Virus record (IMG/VR): IMGVR_UViG_3300024310_000025
Span: 1 to 30,541 of that record
Reading direction: 5' to 3' (one strand)
From: a virus
Taxonomy: Duplodnaviria > Caudoviricetes
Length of the DNA stretch: 30,541 nt
Positions 14,682 to 24,422 of the stretch are shown in pieces. The position numbers and the translations under genes were made by a program. Numbering within the stretch: the first letter of the stretch is position 1; each line of letters begins with the position of its first letter. The notes below the pieces were generated by a model. That model was not told the origin of the DNA and searched no databases. It worked only from the letters and a program-made list of their open reading frames with translations.

Positions 14682-15463
14682 GTGATTCCTACACGCCGTT
14701 CGCGCCGATCAAGTACGATCAGCAGGCCGTCAGCCGGCAGGGCTGGGGCATGGCCAATTCCGGGCCTGACGACAATCAGTTGATGGTCGGCTTCTACAAG
14801 CGCTCCATCCTGAACCGGGCGAAGTCGCAGGAGGCCGGCGTTCCCATCCACGAAAGCCGCGACTTCGTGAAGATCCAGCATCCCGGCGAAAGCCTCAATG
14901 TGGTCGATCGCGAGGTGACGCCGCAGGACAAGGCGCGATGGCCCAATAAATGGGCGCAGTACGAGGCCGGCGTCAACCAGATCCCCGATGGCATTCCGAT
15001 CAACCTGCTGTTTCCGACCAAGCCGGAAATCGAGACGACGCTTCGCGGCTACAACATCCACACCGTCGAGCAGCTCGCCAATCTCTCGGCCCACGGTATC
15101 GGCACCATCGGCATGGGCGCCCAAGATTGGGTGAACGCTGCCAAGAAGTACATGGAGCGGGCCGAGAAGGGCATCGATCACCATCATTTCGAGACGGCGA
15201 TTGCCAAGAAGGATCAGCAGATCGCGACCTTGACGCGGCAGGTCGAGGAACTGGCCGCATTGGTGCAGAGCCGGTCCAAGGAAGCCCCCAATCCTCAGAG
15301 CTACGACTTCCAGGAAGCGCAGATCAACCGCATCCATGCGAGTGCGGATGAAAGCCAAGCCTTCCTCCAGCCTCCCGCGCAGTTCGTGCAGGACTTGTCC
15401 GGCTCCGTCGAGCCGAGGAAACCCCGCGGCCGGCCTCCCGGCAGCAAGAACAAGGAGCACTGA
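14678..15463 (+). CDS. Phage protein with HhH-like segment, coiled coil and C-terminal AT-hook-like motif
   Basis: LRGYNIHTVEQLANLS; KPRGRPPGSKNK. Confidence 0.7.
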   Translation: MSDSYTPFAPIKYDQQAVSRQGWGMANSGPDDNQLMVGFYKRSILNRAKSQEAGVPIHESRDFVKIQHPGESLNVVDREVTPQDKARWPNKWAQYEAGVNQIPDGIPINLLFPTKPEIETTLRGYNIHTVEQLANLSAHGIGTIGMGAQDWVNAAKKYMERAEKGIDHHHFETAIAKKDQQIATLTRQVEELAALVQSRSKEAPNPQSYDFQEAQINRIHASADESQAFLQPPAQFVQDLSGSVEPRKPRGRPPGSKNKEH

Positions 15464-15464
15464 A

Positions 15465-15833
15465 ATGACCAAGATGCAGGATATGATGGGCCTCGGATTT
15501 TCGTGGCCCCAAGCGATCGCTCTCGGAGATTCGTCGGTCGCTATTACCGCAGCCGGAACGACTTCGGCCAATGCGACCGCGTGCGATGCGCAGAATACCA
15601 TCTTCATCATGACGGCCTCCGGTTCGGATGGCGTCCGTATGAACGCATCCGTTCCGCTGCTGACCCCGATCGTGGTGGCCAATACCGCGGCCGGCAACGG
15701 CAAGGTCTATCCCCATACAGGTGGCACCGTGAACAGCGGTTCGACCGATGCCGGCGAGACCTGCAACGCTACCACCGTTCAGATTTGGTATCGCATCAGC
15801 TCAACCGCTTGGATTGCCGTTCTGGGGGCCTAA
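15465..15833 (+). CDS. Small Thr/Ala-rich virion protein
   Basis: AAGGAG RBS; beta-rich sequence with VANTAAGNGKVYP. Confidence 0.6.
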   Translation: MTKMQDMMGLGFSWPQAIALGDSSVAITAAGTTSANATACDAQNTIFIMTASGSDGVRMNASVPLLTPIVVANTAAGNGKVYPHTGGTVNSGSTDAGETCNATTVQIWYRISSTAWIAVLGA

Positions 15834-16787
15834 GTGGCGCAACTGACGTATATCGAGATTGTTCAGGCTGTCACTGGCGAATTGGGCTTGGTGCAGCCGT
15901 CGATTGTCGTCGGCGCAACTGACCTTCAGACCCAGCAGTTGGGGGCTCTCGTCAACCGCGAGGGCGACAACCTCAGGCGAACCCATAACTGGACAGCGCT
16001 GCAAAGCTTGTTCACGCTGAATGTGGGGGCGCCGCTGGTCACGACCGGAAACGTGACGAACGGCTCGGCCATCATCACGGGCATCCCGACTACGGCTGCG
16101 ATTACGGCGGAAACCTTCGTCGTGACCGGAAGCAGCATTCCCGTGGCTGCGCGCGTCCTGACGGTGGATAGCGCAACCCAAGTCACCATGGACATGGTGG
16201 CGACGGGAAGCGCTACAGGGACGGCTCTGACGTTCTCAAAGGACACGTATCCTGAGAATGCGGACTTTGACCGCTTCCTGAACGGGACGGCGTGGGACAG
16301 AACCAACCGCTGGGCACTCCTTGGCCCGGATTCTCCACAACTAGACGAATACCACCGTTCAGGAATTGTGACGACGGGGCCACGTAGACACTTCCGTCAA
16401 CTCGGTTCCTTAACAGCAGGCACTTATCGGTTATGGCCACCACCTCAAACTGTGGACACGCCGTTTCAGATTGCATGGGAATATCTCTCGCTCAATTGGG
16501 TGCGTAACGGCGGCGGCACGCTTCAATCGTCCATGACTGCCGACACTGATACTCCAATTCTGGATTCACAGGCCATCATTCTCGGCGTGAAGTGGCGTTT
16601 TCTACAGGCCAAGGGCATTCCGACCGCTGCATCCATGCAGACGGAATATATGGACTACGTGCAGCAGTTGATTGCGCGCGACGGCGGCGCTCCGACGCTC
16701 TCGATGGGCCGTCGCTGGCAGCCTTACCTGCTCAGCCCGTACAACGTGCAGGACGCTAACTACCCCGCAGGCGACGGGAGCGCATGA
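15834..16787 (+). CDS. Head-tail adaptor (podovirus type) with inserted beta-rich domain
   Basis: N-terminal IVQAVTGELGL, C-terminal AIILGVKWRFLQAKG; position before the nozzle gene. Confidence 0.65.
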   Translation: MAQLTYIEIVQAVTGELGLVQPSIVVGATDLQTQQLGALVNREGDNLRRTHNWTALQSLFTLNVGAPLVTTGNVTNGSAIITGIPTTAAITAETFVVTGSSIPVAARVLTVDSATQVTMDMVATGSATGTALTFSKDTYPENADFDRFLNGTAWDRTNRWALLGPDSPQLDEYHRSGIVTTGPRRHFRQLGSLTAGTYRLWPPPQTVDTPFQIAWEYLSLNWVRNGGGTLQSSMTADTDTPILDSQAIILGVKWRFLQAKGIPTAASMQTEYMDYVQQLIARDGGAPTLSMGRRWQPYLLSPYNVQDANYPAGDGSA

Positions 16788-18397
16788 TGCGTAATACCCT
16801 CGCCATCAAAAACGACATGATGAAGGGCACGGGAAAGGCCCTTCCGATGTCGATCCCCGCCTCCATCAAGGGCTGGGACCAGATCAGCTCGCTTGCCGAC
16901 ATGCCGCCTGATCATGCGGTGCAGCTCGACAACTTCATTCCGCGGCCCGGCTACCTTGAGATCCGCCGCGGTTCGCAGGCATGGGCAACCGGCATCGGTG
17001 GCGCTTCCACCCTTGTCGAAACCATCATGGTTTACAACTCGCCCAACCTGACCAACTCCAAGATGTTTGCAGTTGGGAATGGTAGTATTTACGACATCAC
17101 GGCGAGCGGCGCGGCCTCGATCACGACGGTCACGGGGCTGTCGAATTCGCGCCTGCAATATGTGAACTTCACCAACGCCGCGTCAACCTCGTTTCTGGTG
17201 ACGGCCAACGGGCTTGACGTCCCGAACTATTACGACGGCTCGGCATGGGCTGCCATGAGCCTGACGATTACGGGGCAATCGGCAAACAACATCGTGAACT
17301 GGGCCGCTTGGAAGGGACGCCTGTGGTGTGCCTTCATTAACTCGACACAGGTCGGCTACCTCGACAATAGCGCGATTGCAGGAAACGTCACCCTGTTCGA
17401 TCTCGGGCAAAACATGACCCGAGGCGGCTATATCCAGGCTATTGCGACGTGGACGCAGGACGACAAGCAGAACGTTGACGAATACATCTGCTTCATCACC
17501 TCGCGCGGTCAGGTCATCATCTACGGCGGCACCGATCCGAGCACAGCCGACACCTTCGCGCTTGTGGGAATCTACGATCTCGGCGCTCCCATTGGACGGC
17601 GCTGCTTCATGCGGATTGCCGGTAACCTCTGGCTCATCAATGTGGACGGCATCACTCCCATGTCGGAGATGATGACGCTTGACCGGGCCGCGGTTGCCAA
17701 GGTCGCACCCACCACCATGATCCAGAATGCGATGATGAATGCCTCGCATCTCTACAAGAGCAATTTCGGCTGGCAACTCATGGAGTATGCCAAGGGGCAA
17801 CTCGTTATCCTCAATATTCCACAGGTTGAGGGACAGACGACGGTTCAGTTCGTCATGAACACGCTGACCGGAGCTTGGTGCCAGTTCACGGGGCTGACAG
17901 CCAATTGCTGGGAAATCCTGAATGATGTTCCGTTCTTCGGCTCGAATGACGGGACGGTCTATCAATGGGATGTTGGGTCGGGTGATTACGTCGATGTCTC
18001 CGATCTTCCCATTACGGCAACGGTCCAGACCGCCTTCAACTACTTCAAGAGCCGGGGGCATTTGAAGCGCTGGACCATGGCGCGGCCGATCCTTACCACG
18101 GACGGGACGATCACGCCGGGCATCGGATTGAACATCGATTTCGGAACCGGCGCTCCGATCTCGACGCCTTCAACGATCAGCACTGGCGGCGCACAATGGG
18201 ACGTTTCGCAGTGGGATGAGGCTGTGTGGCCGCTGAACTCCGCAACCGTTGCCAATTGGACCACTGTTGAGGGGATCGGGCAATGCTGCTCGATCATCAC
18301 ACAGGTGGTCACCTCAGATAACGGCACCGATCAAGGCGTGCTGTTGCAGTTGAACGGGTGGGATCTGATCGCAGAACCGGCCGCGGGGTTCTTCTGA
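16784..18397 (+). CDS. Tail nozzle / DNA stabilization protein (P22 gp10 / T7 gp12-like)
   Basis: 537-aa beta-rich protein, LDNFIPRPGYLEIRRG; podovirus gene order. Confidence 0.7.
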   Translation: MMRNTLAIKNDMMKGTGKALPMSIPASIKGWDQISSLADMPPDHAVQLDNFIPRPGYLEIRRGSQAWATGIGGASTLVETIMVYNSPNLTNSKMFAVGNGSIYDITASGAASITTVTGLSNSRLQYVNFTNAASTSFLVTANGLDVPNYYDGSAWAAMSLTITGQSANNIVNWAAWKGRLWCAFINSTQVGYLDNSAIAGNVTLFDLGQNMTRGGYIQAIATWTQDDKQNVDEYICFITSRGQVIIYGGTDPSTADTFALVGIYDLGAPIGRRCFMRIAGNLWLINVDGITPMSEMMTLDRAAVAKVAPTTMIQNAMMNASHLYKSNFGWQLMEYAKGQLVILNIPQVEGQTTVQFVMNTLTGAWCQFTGLTANCWEILNDVPFFGSNDGTVYQWDVGSGDYVDVSDLPITATVQTAFNYFKSRGHLKRWTMARPILTTDGTITPGIGLNIDFGTGAPISTPSTISTGGAQWDVSQWDEAVWPLNSATVANWTTVEGIGQCCSIITQVVTSDNGTDQGVLLQLNGWDLIAEPAAGFF

Positions 18398-18813
18398 TGA
18401 GAATCCTCGCATCTGGAAACGATCAACTCATCATCGACTGGACCTATCACAATTTCGGTGTGCTCTGCACCAAAGTGGATATAGCGCTCGGCGTGATCGA
18501 GAACGACCAGATTGTAGGTGCGTGCTTCTTCCAGGCTCACAATGGTCCGGATGTTGAACTCTCGTATTTCGGGCCGAACACGCTCTCGCTCGATCTGGTC
18601 AAGCAGATTGCGAAGATCGCCGTCGATCATCTCGGAGTCAGCCGGATCACAATTCGAACTGCGAAGTCGAATAAGTCGCTCACAAAGAATGCTCACAAGC
18701 TCGGCTTTGTCTATGAAGGTATTCGGCATCATGCCTATGGGAACGAAGATGCTGTGATGTTTGGCCTGTTCGGAGAGAACCTTGCTCGCTTGGCAGGAAA
18801 GGTCTTGCAATGA
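18397..18813 (+). CDS. GNAT-fold acetyltransferase-like protein
   Basis: LGVSRITIRTAKSNKSL...KLGFVYEGIRH motif; TGATG coupling. Confidence 0.75.
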   Translation: MRILASGNDQLIIDWTYHNFGVLCTKVDIALGVIENDQIVGACFFQAHNGPDVELSYFGPNTLSLDLVKQIAKIAVDHLGVSRITIRTAKSNKSLTKNAHKLGFVYEGIRHHAYGNEDAVMFGLFGENLARLAGKVLQ

Positions 18814-19637
18814 GCTTCAACCAGCCAAAATCTCCTGATCCGGTTGCGACCAGCAATGCGCAGCAGCAGTACAATACTGACGCGGCGAAGACGCAAAATC
18901 AGCTCAATTCGTATAATCAATCTACGCCGTTTGGAAACATCCAGTACGTCGCTGATCCTAGCTCGCCGTCTGGATATCGCATCTCGACGACGCTCTCTGC
19001 GCCGCAGCAGACGGCATACGACACGGCTGGCAATCTGCTGACCAACACGTCGAGCATGTATTCCAAGGCGCCGGATTTGAACGGCGAAACGGGCGCGGTT
19101 GCAAACAAGCTCAACCAGTGGAATGCGCAGTATCTTCAGCCGATCTTCAATCAGCAGGATTCGAACCTTGAGGCGAGGCTCCGCAATCAGGGGCTGACGC
19201 CGGGATCGCAAGCCTATGACAACGCCAAGAACCTGCTGGCCCGTAACCAAGGCGATGTCACCACCAACTACCTGACCAAAAACCAGGGGCAGGCGTTCAA
19301 TCAGGCCGTCACCGAATACGGCATGCCGCTTCAGACCGCACAAAGCCTGTTCGGAATGGCGGCTCCCAAGGGTTTCCAGGGCACGCCGAGCGCAACGATC
19401 CAGCCTCCGAACTACTCCGGCCAGGTGCAGCAGAACTACCAGAACGAGATGCAAAACTACCAGAACACCTGGAACGGCATCGGCAAGCTTGCCGGCGCTG
19501 GTGTCAGCCTCGCCATGGCTCCGATGACCGGGGGGGCGTCGCTCGCGGGAGGTCTCGGTTCGATGTTCGGGTCAAGTCCAGGTGGAACGGCAGGCGTCAT
19601 GAACTATGGCGGCCAATCGTGGCCGTCGTTCGGTTGA
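18810..19637 (+). CDS. DNA ejection/pilot protein
   Basis: Gln/Asn-rich, Gly-rich hydrophobic C-terminus; follows the GNAT gene as in podoviruses. Confidence 0.6.
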   Translation: MSFNQPKSPDPVATSNAQQQYNTDAAKTQNQLNSYNQSTPFGNIQYVADPSSPSGYRISTTLSAPQQTAYDTAGNLLTNTSSMYSKAPDLNGETGAVANKLNQWNAQYLQPIFNQQDSNLEARLRNQGLTPGSQAYDNAKNLLARNQGDVTTNYLTKNQGQAFNQAVTEYGMPLQTAQSLFGMAAPKGFQGTPSATIQPPNYSGQVQQNYQNEMQNYQNTWNGIGKLAGAGVSLAMAPMTGGASLAGGLGSMFGSSPGGTAGVMNYGGQSWPSFG

Positions 19638-19645
19638 GGTGAGAG

Positions 19646-21037
19646 ATGGCAGACTATTTCTCTACCAGCCCATCGTTCGTCAACCCGTCTTACGCGACGC
19701 CGGAGCAACTGGCGAACGAACGGGCCTATGCCGCTGAGCTGATGAAGCAGAGCGGGCAGGAGGTCAAGCATCCTGCTGGCGCGCTTGCCAACGCTCTTTT
19801 GGGCATCGCTGGCGGTCTTGAACGCAACAGGGCAAACGCACTTCAGAATGAAGCCGCAACGGCCAATGCCGGGAATATGACGGCGCTGATTTCGCAGCTC
19901 CAGGGTGGCCAGAAGATCGATCCGCAGAACCTTGGGCATATCATCGCCAATCCGATGGTGTCGCCTGAGCAGAGGGCACTTGCCATTGAGTTGATGCGGC
20001 CGAAGGGCGTGGAGGACGTTGTCGGTCGTCCCGGCTACGCAAGCCCCGTCCAAGGCGTTCAGGCTACTCCCGTGCAAGGCAATTTCCAGCCCGGCTACCG
20101 TGCTCCGGAAAGCGCTGGCAGCGTCTCCACGGTTACGCCGATCCCGGCGCCGATGCCGGCACAGCGTCCCAAACTCGATGCGGTCAGCCCGCAAGGCGGC
20201 ATCTTCGGCGGCATGAATTCGAGCCCTGTCGGCTGGAATGGCAATCCTCCTCCGGCCCCAACCGCGGCCCCGAGTGGAGGTCAGGCGCCCGGTGCAGTGC
20301 CTCCCGCTGCGCCGGCGCCTGCTGCTCCTACCTTCAACGAACGGTTTACCGGAGGCTCGCGGCTGGATGCGCTGGCCGCAAAGGACCGCGAGCTTAGTGC
20401 TGAAAAGGCTAGAACCGAGGGTGGGGCTAAGGCGGAAGCTGAGAACATCGGCAACACTGTGACGCAGGCAAACAGCGCGCGGCAATTCGGCCAAGACGCC
20501 AGTGTCATGGAAGACCTGATCCGCTCCAATCCGAAAATGGAATTCGGGGCATGGGCGAAGCCGACAAACGAGGTTTTGCGCATCATCCAGAACATTACGG
20601 GCGATAAGCTCGTAGATGCAAAGACCCTTGCTGCTTCCGACGCCACGGAAAAGCTCAATCTGTCGCTGGCTGCCGCGATGCAAAGCCGGTGGGGCCTCAA
20701 CCCGAGCGCTATCAATCTCGCTCAGGGCTCTACGCCTGGAAACGAGAAGAGCCGGCAGGGTACGCTTGATCTTCTTGGCCTGATGAAACAAGGCGCCAAG
20801 CGCGACGAGTATATTGCAACTTCGCTTTATCCTCAGTTCGCCCAAGCGGGGAAACTGTCGGAATTTCCGGCAGCCGTAAGCAAGTTTTATCAGGCCAACC
20901 CGCTCGTTGAGCCGAACACGGGTCATCTCATCATGGACCCAGTGCCGATCCAGAATCCGCAAGACGAAAAGCGGTTGGGCCTGAAAAAGGGGACGCCCGT
21001 TAAGCTTCCCGATGGCCGCATTGGATGGGTGCCGTAA
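19646..21037 (+). CDS. Internal virion/ejection protein
   Basis: Ala/Pro/Gln-rich; ends KKGTPVKLPDGRIGWVP; gene order. Confidence 0.6.
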   Translation: MADYFSTSPSFVNPSYATPEQLANERAYAAELMKQSGQEVKHPAGALANALLGIAGGLERNRANALQNEAATANAGNMTALISQLQGGQKIDPQNLGHIIANPMVSPEQRALAIELMRPKGVEDVVGRPGYASPVQGVQATPVQGNFQPGYRAPESAGSVSTVTPIPAPMPAQRPKLDAVSPQGGIFGGMNSSPVGWNGNPPPAPTAAPSGGQAPGAVPPAAPAPAAPTFNERFTGGSRLDALAAKDRELSAEKARTEGGAKAEAENIGNTVTQANSARQFGQDASVMEDLIRSNPKMEFGAWAKPTNEVLRIIQNITGDKLVDAKTLAASDATEKLNLSLAAAMQSRWGLNPSAINLAQGSTPGNEKSRQGTLDLLGLMKQGAKRDEYIATSLYPQFAQAGKLSEFPAAVSKFYQANPLVEPNTGHLIMDPVPIQNPQDEKRLGLKKGTPVKLPDGRIGWVP

Positions 21038-22407
21038 TGGCCGATCCTTGGGCAGCTTATAGTCCGATCCAAACAGAGCAGCCAGCTCCTCAGGTTGGCG
21101 CATCGGCAAGCTTTGATGATCGCTGGGCTGCATACAAGCCGTTTGATCCGAATGCCACTGAGCCTCACCAGAAGACGTTTGTCGAAAAGCTCGGTGAAAC
21201 GTGGCCAGCGCAATTGGCGAAGGGGGTCTATAGTGCGGTCACGCTGCCCGGAGATGCCTATCAGGGCAAGTTTGCGGTGCAGCCGGAGAAGCCTGGATGG
21301 GTCACCGAAGGCGATATCTCCAACCTCGACGCTGCCGATAGGGAGCTAGTCAGGCGTTCCGGCGATTTGGCTGCCATCGCGTCCCCTGTTTCGCCCCGCA
21401 GTATGGTTTCGCAGACCATTGGCGGGCCTCCGACGAGGGAGGCATTGGACGCCGCAGCAGATGCCGGCTATAATGCCGTTCGCACTTCAGGTGTTGAATA
21501 TGCTCCTCAATCCGTCGCGAATTCAGCTTCGGAATTGGCGCGAGCGCTGGAAGCCAAGGGCAGAAGTGAGCGACGCGCCCCCGAAACCCATCAACTCGTC
21601 AATGAGCTGGCAAACCCTCCCGCCGGAGCTGTCAGCGTCCCTATCACAGGGCTTGATGCCGCTCGGCAAGAACTCGGCAATATCGCCAAAGACCACACCA
21701 AGTCTCCCACCGAGCGAGCCGCTGCCGAGATCGCCAAGCAACATATTGATAACTATCTTTCTAGCGTTCCTAAAACCGATGTTCTGGCTGGTGATGCCGA
21801 CGCTGCTGCGAAATCGCTCCGCGCTGCGCAACGTGACTATTCCGCAGCGCGCCGGTCGGAAACGATCGGAGACCTTACCGACACTGCCGAGAGGCAAGCA
21901 GCCCGCGCGAATTCCGGGCAAAACGTAGACAACCGGCTACGCGCCAAGGTCGGCGGTATCCTCGACAGCGAGAAGAAAAGTTACGGGTGGTCTCCGGACG
22001 AACTCGCTCGCATCGAGGACATCAACAACGGAACGACGCTCGGTAACACGCTGCGCAATACCGGCAATGCGCTAGGTGGAGGCGGCGGAATGCTGGCAGC
22101 CATCTATGGCCTGACCGGCGCAATGTACAATCCCTATGTCGCTGGACTTCCTATCGCTGGCGCCCTGCTCAAAAAGGGCGGCGATGCGATGACCCGTCGC
22201 GCCATCACCAAGCTTGATGAAACTACGCGGATGCGCTCCGCACTCGGCGACGAACTTGCCGCTGGTCCGGCAGTTATGACGCCGATCGAACAGGCGCGGC
22301 AAAGCGCAATGATCAAAGCGCTCATGTCAGGCGGAATGCAGTATCTGCCGGGGCAGCAACCGTCTCAAAACGATTTGGTCGTTCAGATGCTTCAGAGGCA
22401 GCAATGA
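21037..22407 (+). CDS. Internal virion/ejection protein
   Basis: MADPWAAY start, helical, GGGGGML hydrophobic segment; TAATG coupling. Confidence 0.6.
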   Translation: MADPWAAYSPIQTEQPAPQVGASASFDDRWAAYKPFDPNATEPHQKTFVEKLGETWPAQLAKGVYSAVTLPGDAYQGKFAVQPEKPGWVTEGDISNLDAADRELVRRSGDLAAIASPVSPRSMVSQTIGGPPTREALDAAADAGYNAVRTSGVEYAPQSVANSASELARALEAKGRSERRAPETHQLVNELANPPAGAVSVPITGLDAARQELGNIAKDHTKSPTERAAAEIAKQHIDNYLSSVPKTDVLAGDADAAAKSLRAAQRDYSAARRSETIGDLTDTAERQAARANSGQNVDNRLRAKVGGILDSEKKSYGWSPDELARIEDINNGTTLGNTLRNTGNALGGGGGMLAAIYGLTGAMYNPYVAGLPIAGALLKKGGDAMTRRAITKLDETTRMRSALGDELAAGPAVMTPIEQARQSAMIKALMSGGMQYLPGQQPSQNDLVVQMLQRQQ

Positions 22408-22943
22408 TATCGGTTTGTAAAGTCTGCAATCAAGAGAAGGAAATGGCGCGCTATCAGAGAGAATCTGGTGGCCGGTACTATTTCAGAAAATTGTGTGTCC
22501 AATGTTGGAGTGAGGAGCGTCGCCCCTACCAAGAAAAGTATCGCAAGGACAATGCTGATGAACTGAAATCCTATCATCAGCAAAAGCACGCCGGTAAGCG
22601 CGGCATGCGAAATACAGCGGCGAAGCTCTATTACGAACGACAGAAAGACAAGTGCTTAGCTGCATATGGCGGTGTTTGTGCATGCTGCGGGGAGCATCGC
22701 AGGCCTTTCCTTACATTCGATCATAAGAACAATGATGGGGCTCAGCACCGGAGAAAAATCGGTGCCGGTCATGTGTTCTATCGCTGGATGATCGACAACA
22801 ATTTTCCAGAGAGCATTCAGGTTCTCTGTTTGAACTGCAATGCGGGCAAACACAACAATGGCGGCGTATGCCCGCATGAGTTCGAACGCTTGAACTACAC
22901 CAAGCCAACCGAGAGGGTCCCCAATCCCTCTCAGAAACAATAG
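22404..22943 (+). CDS. Free-standing HNH endonuclease with zinc fingers
   Basis: CKVC..CVQC, YGGVCACCGE...LTFDHKNNDG...QVLCLNCNAGK; lower GC. Confidence 0.8.
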   Translation: MISVCKVCNQEKEMARYQRESGGRYYFRKLCVQCWSEERRPYQEKYRKDNADELKSYHQQKHAGKRGMRNTAAKLYYERQKDKCLAAYGGVCACCGEHRRPFLTFDHKNNDGAQHRRKIGAGHVFYRWMIDNNFPESIQVLCLNCNAGKHNNGGVCPHEFERLNYTKPTERVPNPSQKQ

Positions 22944-22952
22944 GAGGCTCAA

Positions 22953-24422
22953 GTGCCATTCAACGGCTCCGGGGTCTTCAGTATTTTGAACGTTTTCGTG
23001 CCCAACACCACGATTCTTTCGTCTGCGGTGAACGCGAACTATACCGATATCGCCACTGGCCTTTCTGACTGTCTGACCAGGGACGGGCAGGCCGGCATGA
23101 CGGCGGCATTTAAGGCGATTTCCGGGACTCTGGCAACGCCCGGCATCAGTTTCACCTCGGATGCAACCGCAGGTCTTTACCTGTCGTCTTCGGGCGTTAT
23201 TGGGCTAGTCGCAAAATCCTTGGGAATTCTGGTCAATTCCTCGATCTACTGTGCGACCGCCGCCGCAGTGCAGGCGGGCGGCTCCGGCTATGCCGTTGGC
23301 GATACGATCACCCTGACGGGTGGAACCGCCATCACGCAAGCGGTTCTGACGGTTGCGACCCTGAGCGGATCGGCCGTTGCAACTGTCACTGTGACCTATT
23401 CCGGCTTTTATTCGGCCAAGCCTACAGACCCGGTTGCGCAGGGATCGACCTCTGGAAGCGGCACTGGCGCAACGTTCAATATGACATGGGCGGCGCAGTT
23501 TACCCGGTCGATTGTGACGAACGAAGCCGGGGCACTTCCTTGGACTCGCCTTGGCGCTTCCTCATATGTCTCGGGCATCATGGCAAAGGCCAATGCCTAT
23601 GACTATGCGAAGTCGATCATCGCGTTCGGTTCGGGAACGTTGCTGAGCAATGCGACGAGTCCGCCGACGCTCACCACGACGCTCAATCCGACGCTTATTC
23701 CGAACTACATCTCAGGGCTCACCCTGTCTACGGGTGGCGGTTCGGCCATCTTCGGCATTGCGGCTGGCGTTGCAAACGATTCTACCAACACCACGCTAAT
23801 GCAGCTTGGATCAGCCTATACCAAGACCACCTCTAACTGGGCAGTCGGGTCTACGAACGGAGGGCTGGATACGGGCGCCATTGCGAACGGCACCTGGTAT
23901 CACGTCTATCAGATCCAGCGTCCTGATACTGGCGTGGTCGATGTCATCTTTTCGCTGTCAGCCTCGGCGCCGTCGCTGCCGGCAAACTACACGCTGTACC
24001 GTCGTATTGGTTCGATCAAGACGACGACCGGATCTCCAGTTTGGCAGAAGTTTGTCCAAGTCGGTGATCAGTTCCTATGGGACGTGATGGTGAACGACAT
24101 CAATACGGCGACGCTCGGGACCACGGCAACATTATTCGCTTTGACCACGCCGCTAGGCGTTCAGACGACAGCGCTCCTTCGGGGCTCGATGTCGAACGCT
24201 TCTGCCAGCATTTACGTGATCGTCAACTCTCCATCGGAGAGCGCTCAAGCTTCTGCGGCGGCCAGCGCGAGCATATCAAACCCTGTCGCTGGTGTTGCGA
24301 ACTCCGGCAGCCTTTCCGCGCTCACCAACACTTCAAGCCAAGTGAGAGCGGTTTCCAACGCCAGTAGTACGACGGTTCTCATGAGCACCTATGGATGGAT
24401 TGATACGAGAGGTAAGGGATAA
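22953..24422 (+). CDS. Tail fibre / receptor-binding protein
   Basis: AGGAGG RBS with GTG; N-terminal MPFNGSG...DIATGLSDCLTRDGQ anchor; TWYHVY...YRRIGSI domain; Ser/Thr/Gly-rich. Confidence 0.75.
   Translation: MPFNGSGVFSILNVFVPNTTILSSAVNANYTDIATGLSDCLTRDGQAGMTAAFKAISGTLATPGISFTSDATAGLYLSSSGVIGLVAKSLGILVNSSIYCATAAAVQAGGSGYAVGDTITLTGGTAITQAVLTVATLSGSAVATVTVTYSGFYSAKPTDPVAQGSTSGSGTGATFNMTWAAQFTRSIVTNEAGALPWTRLGASSYVSGIMAKANAYDYAKSIIAFGSGTLLSNATSPPTLTTTLNPTLIPNYISGLTLSTGGGSAIFGIAAGVANDSTNTTLMQLGSAYTKTTSNWAVGSTNGGLDTGAIANGTWYHVYQIQRPDTGVVDVIFSLSASAPSLPANYTLYRRIGSIKTTTGSPVWQKFVQVGDQFLWDVMVNDINTATLGTTATLFALTTPLGVQTTALLRGSMSNASASIYVIVNSPSESAQASAAASASISNPVAGVANSGSLSALTNTSSQVRAVSNASSTTVLMSTYGWIDTRGKG

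Noticed and set aside
18397-18813. GNAT gene in the tail module as a novel system
   Set aside because: An acetyltransferase-fold gene between nozzle and ejection genes is a common podovirus arrangement.
19604-21133. Long minus-strand ORFs (also 11202-12512, 14576-15703, 17183-18061, 28945-29712)
   Set aside because: Antisense shadows of high-GC3 structural genes with no recognisable motifs.
21037-21150. Repeated WAAY motif at the ejection protein N-terminus
   Set aside because: Two short copies only; such repeats are usual in these proteins.
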